Shown here one piece after another: positions 57,612-64,000 of a DNA stretch of 64,000 nucleotides. Origin of the DNA: an uncultured Gemmatimonadaceae bacterium (GTDB lineage: Bacteria > Gemmatimonadota > Gemmatimonadetes > Gemmatimonadales > Gemmatimonadaceae); the NCBI GenBank assembly GCA_963817955.1, contig CAWFQK010000001.1, positions 64,001 through 128,000 of the forward strand, given 5' to 3'. The notes beneath the pieces were generated by a model that saw only the letters and a program-made list of their open reading frames with translations, ran no database searches and had not been told where the DNA came from. A program made the position numbers and the translations under genes. Numbering within the stretch: position 1 is the first letter of the stretch; each line of letters starts with the position of its first letter.

Positions 57612-58820
57612 CTACTGCGCCTCACCTATCGCTTGCTCGAACTCCCTGCGGAGGAGATCCATCATCTCATCGCGGCGGTCGTACAACCGCCGGAGGGGGC
57701 GCTTGGCGTGGCGCGCGTGCGCGTAGGACGTGAGCAGGGGGAGTGCAACCGTAGAGTCCAGGTAGCACACGACCGCGTCAGGCAAACGCTCCGGATCGAT
57801 CTTACCCCAGCTCACCGCCTCGGCCGGCGTTGCGCCGGAGAGGCCGCCGGTGTCCGGGCGCGCGTCCGTGATCTGGAGAAAGTAGTCGTGTCCCTTCTCG
57901 TCAATGCCGAGCACTTCCTGGATCTGCGGTTCCGTCTGCAGCATGAAATTCTTGGGGCTGCCGCCGCCGCAGATCAACACACCAGACTTGCCGCCGCCGC
58001 GCTTGGCACTGAGCACGATGGCCGCCGTCTCATTCACGTCCATGTTCGGATCGATCGTGCACTTGTTGCCACCGAGCGCGAGCGCGGCAACGTTCATCCC
58101 GATCGACGAGTCGCCGGGGGATGACGTGTAGATCGGCACGCCTGCTTGGTACGCCGCCGAGAGCAGCGATTTCTGGCCAATGCCGAGCGCGCGTTCACGC
58201 TCGCGGATGTACTTGCCGCAGAGCCAGTGGAATTCCGCGCTGGACATCGACTTCTGGAATTCCGGCCCTTGAATGACGGTCCGGAAGAAGGCGTCGGTGG
58301 ACAACAGGACGTCGTAGTCGAAGAAGATGTCGTAGATCCTCACGACGCCTTCCTCGCGCAGCACGACATCGGACTCTTGCGCGTTTCCGCGGTGCATTGC
58401 CAACCCGAGTCCGAAGTGCGTGTCGTGGTACAGATTCGCGCCCGTGGAGATGATCCAATCCACGAAGCCACTCTCGATGAGCGGAATCAGCGCGGCCATG
58501 CCGAGCCCGGCCGGCGTGAGCGCGCCAGTCAGCGTCATGCCGATCGTGACGTCCTCATCCAGCATCTTCTTGGTGAACAGCGCGCACGCTTCGCGCAACC
58601 GTGCCGCGTTGTAGGCGAGGAACGCATTGTCGATCAGGTCCGCGGCGCTTTCGCTGCCGTCGATCGCTCTTGGATCGATGCGAGCCCCGCGCAGAAACTT
58701 GCTCTTCTCGTGCGAGGTGTGCTGCTCTCCGGCTCGCTCGCGTGCTTCCGCCGCGCGTTTCTGCTCGGCCTTGGGGCCGGCCGCCGATGCCTTGTTCGTG
58801 CCATCTGACTTCTTCGTCAT
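57612..58820 (-). CDS. Deoxyhypusine synthase-like protein (probable homospermidine biosynthesis enzyme)
   Basis: [36 protein letters not shown]...EAVSWGK (catalytic Lys), D.TVALP. Confidence 0.9.
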   Translation of the reverse strand: MTKKSDGTNKASAAGPKAEQKRAAEARERAGEQHTSHEKSKFLRGARIDPRAIDGSESAADLIDNAFLAYNAARLREACALFTKKMLDEDVTIGMTLTGALTPAGLGMAALIPLIESGFVDWIISTGANLYHDTHFGLGLAMHRGNAQESDVVLREEGVVRIYDIFFDYDVLLSTDAFFRTVIQGPEFQKSMSSAEFHWLCGKYIRERERALGIGQKSLLSAAYQAGVPIYTSSPGDSSIGMNVAALALGGNKCTIDPNMDVNETAAIVLSAKRGGGKSGVLICGGGSPKNFMLQTEPQIQEVLGIDEKGHDYFLQITDARPDTGGLSGATPAEAVSWGKIDPERLPDAVVCYLDSTVALPLLTSYAHARHAKRPLRRLYDRRDEMMDLLRREFEQAIGEAQ

Positions 58821-58826
58821 TCCTAT

Positions 58827-59747
58827 TTACTTGCCTTTCAGTGATTCCCACGCTGAGATCACCGCCTGCGCGGCTTCCTGCGGGTCGTCGGTGAGCAAAA
58901 TGAGGTCGAGGTCCCCCGGCGAGATCTTTGCCTCGCTGAGCACCCGCGACTGAATCCAGCGAATCAGACCGGCCCAGTAGTGCCGCCCAAACATGATCAC
59001 CGGAAACTGATAGATCTTGCCGGTCTGAATGAGCGTCAACGCCTCGAACGCTTCGTCGAGCGTGCCGTATCCGCCAGGAAAGATGATGAACGCATTCGAG
59101 TACTTGATGAACATCGTCTTCCGCACGAAAAAGTAGCGGAAGTTCACGAGCGTATCGACGTACGGATTGGCGCCCTGCTCGAACGGCAGCTCGATGTTGC
59201 AGCCAATGGAGACGCCCCCGGCCTGCTTGGCGCCCTTGTTCGCCGCTTCCATGATGCCCGGACCCGCGCCAGTGATGATGGCGAAACCGGCCTCGGCGAG
59301 CAGTCGCGCCACTTCCTGAGCCGCCTTGTACTGCGGATCGTCGGGGTGCGTCCGCGCCGAACCAAAGATCGACACACCGCGCCGTATGTGGGCGAGGTTG
59401 TCGAACCCTTCAATGAACTCGCCCATGATGCGCATGACGCGCCACGGATCGGTTCGTGTGAAATCGACGGCGTCGGTCCCCGCCTGGAGCAGCTTCTCGT
59501 CTTCCGTCTCCGGCGGCGTGAAGCTCCGAATGGAGTCATCGAGAATGCGCGTCGCCCCAGCTGTGCGCGCCACCGTGCGTTCGGATGGTGGTGTGCGTCC
59601 GGCAGCGCGATGACCCGCCTCAGTGCGCTCGCGGTATCCTTCCTGCGAGGTGAGGGTGGCCTCGGCGAGCACCTCGGGGCTGGCCTTCTTTCCACCCGCT
59701 GTGCGCGCGGTCTTGTGTCTCGGCTTGGGCTTTTTCTGCTGTGCCAT
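58827..59747 (-). CDS. LOG family (TIGR00730) Rossmann-fold nucleotide phosphoribohydrolase-like protein
   Basis: FGSAR, TGAGPGIMEAAN, ELPFEQ..N, FFVRK.MF, PGGYGTLDE. Confidence 0.93.
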   Translation of the reverse strand: MAQQKKPKPRHKTARTAGGKKASPEVLAEATLTSQEGYRERTEAGHRAAGRTPPSERTVARTAGATRILDDSIRSFTPPETEDEKLLQAGTDAVDFTRTDPWRVMRIMGEFIEGFDNLAHIRRGVSIFGSARTHPDDPQYKAAQEVARLLAEAGFAIITGAGPGIMEAANKGAKQAGGVSIGCNIELPFEQGANPYVDTLVNFRYFFVRKTMFIKYSNAFIIFPGGYGTLDEAFEALTLIQTGKIYQFPVIMFGRHYWAGLIRWIQSRVLSEAKISPGDLDLILLTDDPQEAAQAVISAWESLKGK

Positions 59748-59825
59748 GCGTTGAGTTTACGGGGTTGAGGCGCGAGTGCACAGAGGCGAGCTTCCAGAAC
59801 CCCTCCCTCGTATCCACCCCCCAAA

Positions 59826-61223
59826 GTGTCTGTCGTCATTCTCCTCGCCGATGGCGTGCGCCCCGATATCTTCGACGCCGCGTTGCGCTCGGGCGAGCTT
59901 CCCGCACTGTCTGCGCTCCGCGAAGAAGGTGAATTGCACACGGTCGCGTCGTGCTTCCCTTCTGTGACCGGACCAGCGTATGCCCCGTTTCTCATGGGTC
60001 GATATCCCGGTCCAATCGGATTGCCGGGCTTGCGTTGGTTCGACCGCGCGCGGACTGCCACGACGTGTCCCGACTACACACGGAGTTACGTCGGCTACCA
60101 GATGGGCAAGGTGGATGGCGACATAGATCCCGAGGCACCGACGATCTTCGAATTGTGCGACTCGAGCCTGGGAGCGTTGAACGTCATTGGCCGGGGACTG
60201 CCGAAGCGCGATCGCATCGGCTCCATCACGGTGCGATCGGCGTATCGCGCCGCCACCACACACTTTTCCGGCAACGTGGCCGGTTGGCTGGGGATCGATC
60301 GTGAGGTCGCGGGTGATGTCGCATACCGCATTCGCCGCGACAAACCCGAGTTCGTCTTCACCGCCCTCACGGGCGTGGACAAGGTATCCCACGCCCGGGG
60401 CCAGCAGTCGCCAATGACCATGGACGCGCTTCGGATCGTGGACGATGCCGCGGCAATGATCCGCCGCGACGCCGAAGCAGACGGACGTTGGAGAGATATG
60501 TCGTTGTGGGTCGTGAGCGACCACGGCCATTCACGCGTCACCGCACACGAGGACCTCGCCGGGTTCGTGTCCGACGCAGGCTACCGCACCATCGCGCATC
60601 CCTGGGTCTTCAGCATCGACCCGGATGTCGCGGTGATGGTGAGCGGCAATGCCATGGCGCACATCTATCTCGACCTTCGCTCTCGCGAACGCCCGGCAAT
60701 GATGAACGGCAGGTGGCGGCCGTTCATGGAAATGCTGCTGGAGCGGCCGTCGGTCGACCTGCTCATCGTGCCGCAGGCGAGATCCGCAACGGTGTCCAGC
60801 GCAGCGCGAGGGAGCGCCGTCGTCGCCCGCCGGACGGACGGCTTTCATTATGAGCGTGTCTCGGGCGATCCGCTTCGCCTTGGCCGCGACATCCATGGCA
60901 TATCAGCGAACGATGCCTATGACGCGACGATCGACACCGATTATCCCGACAGCCTGGTGCAAATCGCACATCTCGCGGAATCGCCACGATCGGGCGAGAT
61001 CATTCTGTCCGCCGCGCGTGACTGGGATTTCCGTTCGCGCTACGAGCCCATTCCACACGTCAGCTCGCATGGCGCGCTGCACCGCGAGCACATGCTGGTG
61101 CCGCTGCTGCTGAACCGTCCCGCGCATGCCATTCCTCGTCGCACGGTAGACGTGATGCCGAGCGCCCTGGCAGCGTTGGGGAGAGCCATTCCCATGGGTT
61201 TGGACGGGGAGTCCTTTCTTTGA
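59826..61223 (+). CDS. Alkaline phosphatase superfamily (nucleotide pyrophosphatase/phosphodiesterase-like) protein
   Basis: ADG.R.D, FPSVT, D..SH..G, SDHGH, SHG.L...M.VP. Confidence 0.9.
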   Translation: MSVVILLADGVRPDIFDAALRSGELPALSALREEGELHTVASCFPSVTGPAYAPFLMGRYPGPIGLPGLRWFDRARTATTCPDYTRSYVGYQMGKVDGDIDPEAPTIFELCDSSLGALNVIGRGLPKRDRIGSITVRSAYRAATTHFSGNVAGWLGIDREVAGDVAYRIRRDKPEFVFTALTGVDKVSHARGQQSPMTMDALRIVDDAAAMIRRDAEADGRWRDMSLWVVSDHGHSRVTAHEDLAGFVSDAGYRTIAHPWVFSIDPDVAVMVSGNAMAHIYLDLRSRERPAMMNGRWRPFMEMLLERPSVDLLIVPQARSATVSSAARGSAVVARRTDGFHYERVSGDPLRLGRDIHGISANDAYDATIDTDYPDSLVQIAHLAESPRSGEIILSAARDWDFRSRYEPIPHVSSHGALHREHMLVPLLLNRPAHAIPRRTVDVMPSALAALGRAIPMGLDGESFL

Positions 61224-61326
61224 CGTGCGGCTTTCAGGGAAGCACCTATACAGCCCAGCCGCCGGTTGGTCGATAATTCGAACTGCAGATACTTCAGCAT
61301 ACCGTCGATCGACTGGAGGCTTACCG

Positions 61327-61689
61327 ATGAAGGCAGCCATCACGAAAGCAATAGGCGTCCACGGCGCATGGAAGACGCGTCTTCGTTCCGCCATTGCCGC
61401 ACGTCACATTGAAATTCCACCTGCAGTGATCGCCCGCGAAAACATGTGCGATTTCGGCAAATGGCTGCATAGCGGGGAGCTGGACAACGCGACGAGACAG
61501 AGCGAGATCTATCGCCGCGTACGTACCCTGCATGCTGACTTCCATCGCGTGGCAAGCGAGGTCGCACAGCTCGCGCTCGATGGCAAGACCGAGGAGGCAG
61601 AGGAGTCAATGGCGCTGAACGGAGCCTTCGCACTGGCTTCCGCGAAGCTCACAGGCGCCATGCTCGAGTGGCAACGCACGGCCACCTGA
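61327..61689 (+). CDS. Stand-alone CZB (chemoreceptor zinc-binding) domain protein
   Basis: H..WK, CDFGKWL, HADFH (3 His plus 1 Cys). GGAGG RBS before ATG 61327. Confidence 0.88.
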   Translation: MKAAITKAIGVHGAWKTRLRSAIAARHIEIPPAVIARENMCDFGKWLHSGELDNATRQSEIYRRVRTLHADFHRVASEVAQLALDGKTEEAEESMALNGAFALASAKLTGAMLEWQRTAT

Positions 61690-61771
61690 CGAATTCGGCG
61701 CGCTCTTTTCTCCGAGATTAGAGCACACCGAAGGAGAAGCTTGGGGCGGGACGCCACACTAGCGTATCATG

Positions 61772-61800
61772 CATAGTGATGACTTCCATAGTGATGACTC
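61772..61800 (+). repeat. Direct repeat CATAGTGATGACT x2 (15-bp period) over a gene start
   Basis: catagtgatgacttc-catagtgatgactc, immediately after a TATCAT hexamer at 61765-61770. Confidence 0.85.
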
Positions 61801-62045
61801 GCTGGCTCACCCTGACGCTCGGCCTCGCATGGCGAGGAATACGACACCCGGCAACCGGCTTGGCGCTGGTGCGCGTCGGCTGGAGATTTCGCCGTCGGGA
61901 CTGGTACAAGCGTCCCCCGTTCCTGCCCCTTCCGGCGCGCGCATACGTCCGCTGGCGAATGTACACCGCGTACGGTGACGAGCACTTCGTGCCGCCGCCC
62001 GAGGACGTCACCCGGTACGCGCGCTGGGCAGTTCGCACGCCATGA
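61776..62045 (+). CDS. Small Trp/Arg-rich hypothetical protein coupled to queG
   Basis: WY.RPPFLPLP...Y..WR..TAYG pattern and ATGA overlap with queG. Start uncertain (61776/61779/61794). Confidence 0.75.
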   Translation: MMTSIVMTRWLTLTLGLAWRGIRHPATGLALVRVGWRFRRRDWYKRPPFLPLPARAYVRWRMYTAYGDEHFVPPPEDVTRYARWAVRTP

Positions 62046-63187
62046 CCGCCGCGCCGGGCGCCGAGCAGTCGCTTGAGACGCTCATCAAGGCGCAATCCCA
62101 TGGCCTCGGATTCCAGCTCGTCGGCATCACCGAACTGGGGCCGGTGGAGACGGCAAACGCCTTCGATGCATGGATCGACCGCGGCTACGCCGGCGAGATG
62201 TCGTATCTATCACGAGGCGCCGAGAAGCGGCGCGACACGCGGCTACCGTACGACGGCGCCACACACGCAATAGTCGTCGCGCTCGACTACGGCGGCGCGG
62301 AGCCGAGCGGACCCGTGGCGCGCTATGCGCGCGGCGACGACTACCACGAGGTAATGACCGAGCGCTTGCATGCGCTGCATGAGTGGATCGAACAGCGCGT
62401 AGGACATGAAGTCCGCGGCAAAGCCTATGTCGACACCGGCCCGATTCTGGAACGCGATCTCGCTCGGCGCGCTGGACTCGGCTGGTTCGGCAAGAACACG
62501 ATGCTGATCAATCCGCGCGCCGGGTCGTTCTTCTTTCTCGGAGCGCTGCTGCTGGATCTCGAGCTAGAGACCGATGCGCCGTTCGAGACCGATCACTGCG
62601 GAACCTGCCGGCGGTGCCTGGATGCGTGTCCGACCGGCGCATTGGTCGAACCCCATGTGCTCGATTCCACGACGTGCATCTCGTATCTCACCATCGAGTT
62701 GAAGGGAGCGATACCGGAGGGGCTGCGGGAGGGAATCGGGGAGTTGGTGTATGGGTGCGACATCTGCCAAACCTGTTGCCCCTGGAACGTCAGGTTCTCC
62801 AAAGAGCTGCCTGACGGCTCGCGGTTTCGCCCTCGCGAAGTGCTGCGAGACAGCGATGCAGGGACGCTCGCGCGGGAACTGTTAGCCATGACTCAAGAGG
62901 AGTTCAGCCGCGCCTTCAAGGACTCGCCGATGAAACGTGCGAAGCTGCGCGGGTTGAAGCGCAACGCGGCGGTGGTGCTCGGAAATTCGGGATCCGAAGC
63001 CGACGTGGACGTGTTATTGGCCGCACTGGATGATCCCGAGCCGCTGGCGCGTGCGCACGCGGCGTGGGCGCTCGGCCGCGTGAGAGCTTCTATAGCCGCG
63101 GCTCGCTTGCGTGAACGCTTGGAGCTCGAGGCCGGAGAATCCGTGCGTGATACGATCCGCGCGTCCTTGGCGGTCTTGGACGGCTGA
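62042..63187 (+). CDS. queG: tRNA epoxyqueuosine(34) reductase
   Basis: ARYARG.DYH, VDTGPILER, AGLGWFGKN, CGTCRRCLDACPT, CISYLTIE, GCDICQ..CPWN, HEAT-like tail. Confidence 0.96.
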   Translation: MTAAPGAEQSLETLIKAQSHGLGFQLVGITELGPVETANAFDAWIDRGYAGEMSYLSRGAEKRRDTRLPYDGATHAIVVALDYGGAEPSGPVARYARGDDYHEVMTERLHALHEWIEQRVGHEVRGKAYVDTGPILERDLARRAGLGWFGKNTMLINPRAGSFFFLGALLLDLELETDAPFETDHCGTCRRCLDACPTGALVEPHVLDSTTCISYLTIELKGAIPEGLREGIGELVYGCDICQTCCPWNVRFSKELPDGSRFRPREVLRDSDAGTLARELLAMTQEEFSRAFKDSPMKRAKLRGLKRNAAVVLGNSGSEADVDVLLAALDDPEPLARAHAAWALGRVRASIAAARLRERLELEAGESVRDTIRASLAVLDG

Positions 63188-63353
63188 TCAACGTCGAGAT
63201 CGAACTGCGGTGGGTGTGACTCAGCGCGGTCTATCGTAATTCCAACGCACGCTCTTTCGTAAAACGTAGCGCGGCCTACTGTAATCCGGCGTCGTTAGCA
63301 CGAGCTTCAGTCGTCGGACGCCGGGAGAGCTGGGGCAGCGCGTGCGACTCCGG

Positions 63354-64000
63354 CTATGAAGCGGACGGCGACCAGTTCTCTGGCAGGAGCGGCGGCGGAG
63401 TCTGGCTCAGATCTTCGAGTCCGTAGACCTCGACCCATCGTCGAAAAAACGGATCGTCAAACGCGCGAACGCCGGGGCTGACAGCGACCAGAATCTCCTG
63501 ATCTATGAGGTCGGTGCTCGCGCGGTGGACCGTCGACTTCGGTCCCAGGTGGAATCGCTCGAGCGTCTCGGCGCTCAAGAGCGGGGTGGCCGGATCGCAC
63601 GCCACCACGAGGAGTACACGTTGCTCGGTTTCTCCAAGGCGCGACCACTGACGTTGATGAAGCGGGGCCTGCTCTCGGACAAGGGCTTCCATCGCCTCGA
63701 CAACATCGGTTTTGGTGGCGACGCGGCGTTCGCGGCTGAGATCCCAAGTGACGCGCGCCAGCTGCACGATGTCACGCGTGCGCGGGGCGGTGAGCCGGCA
63801 GATCGCGGCCGCGGCGATGACGTCAAGTTGCACCCCGGTGGCTGCGGCGCGCTCGACGATCCACGGGATCATGAGTGTCTGCGGGATCTCACCCATGTGA
63901 AGCACGTCGGAGGCTTTCCAGAGACCGACCTTGCGGTTCTCCAGCATCTGCTCGATGACGCTTCGCTCGGAGCCGGCGCAGACGTACGAGATGCGACGAT
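63354..64000 (-). CDS. C-terminal part of an AAA+/archaeal-type ATPase with winged-helix tail (5' end outside window)
   Basis: Frame open to the window end (..RRISYVCAGSERSVIEQM..), with W..L...EQ..L and F.DPFFRRW motifs. Walker motifs lie outside the window. Confidence 0.65.
   Translation of the reverse strand, partial: RRISYVCAGSERSVIEQMLENRKVGLWKASDVLHMGEIPQTLMIPWIVERAAATGVQLDVIAAAAICRLTAPRTRDIVQLARVTWDLSRERRVATKTDVVEAMEALVREQAPLHQRQWSRLGETEQRVLLVVACDPATPLLSAETLERFHLGPKSTVHRASTDLIDQEILVAVSPGVRAFDDPFFRRWVEVYGLEDLSQTPPPLLPENWSPSAS

Noticed and set aside
63188..63353. attC site or element scar after queG (imperfect repeat agcgcggtctatcgtaattcc / agcgcggcctactgtaatcc; gttagca)
   Set aside because: There are no complementary R''/R' and L boxes, no integrase, and the repeat is too short and degenerate to support a call.

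Overview
High-GC (about 65%), densely coding bacterial chromosome segment. Gene content and style suggest Gemmatimonadota; this is an inference, not a tested assignment. It holds about 50 CDSs, mostly housekeeping or stress genes: rho, tamA/tamB-like pair, DEAD-box helicase, lon, PBP1A, glutamine-dependent nadE, a frameshifted fused E1 dehydrogenase, terC, osmC, LigD phosphoesterase, dinB, rsgA, proline dehydrogenase, fadIJ, glpD, greA, deoxyhypusine-synthase-like/LOG pair and queG. I could not recognise any rRNA, tRNA, CRISPR array, transposase or integrase. The most interesting observations are: (1) a tandem pair of paralogous Ser/Thr kinases with a kinase-2TM-helical hairpin architecture, divergent from lon; (2) a small HNH nuclease behind an attenuator-like leader and ending in an -AA degron-like tail, with a related paralog 7 kb away; (3) an ECF sigma / CBM48-type glycan-binding anti-sigma / secreted protein triad with a candidate autoregulatory promoter; (4) two non-coding composite inverted-repeat elements; (5) Rho with a long disordered N-terminus containing 13 DRG repeats; (6) a recurring leaderless-promoter signature; (7) three clustered frameshifts in the E1 gene. 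Product calls come from motif recognition only; no database search was run.
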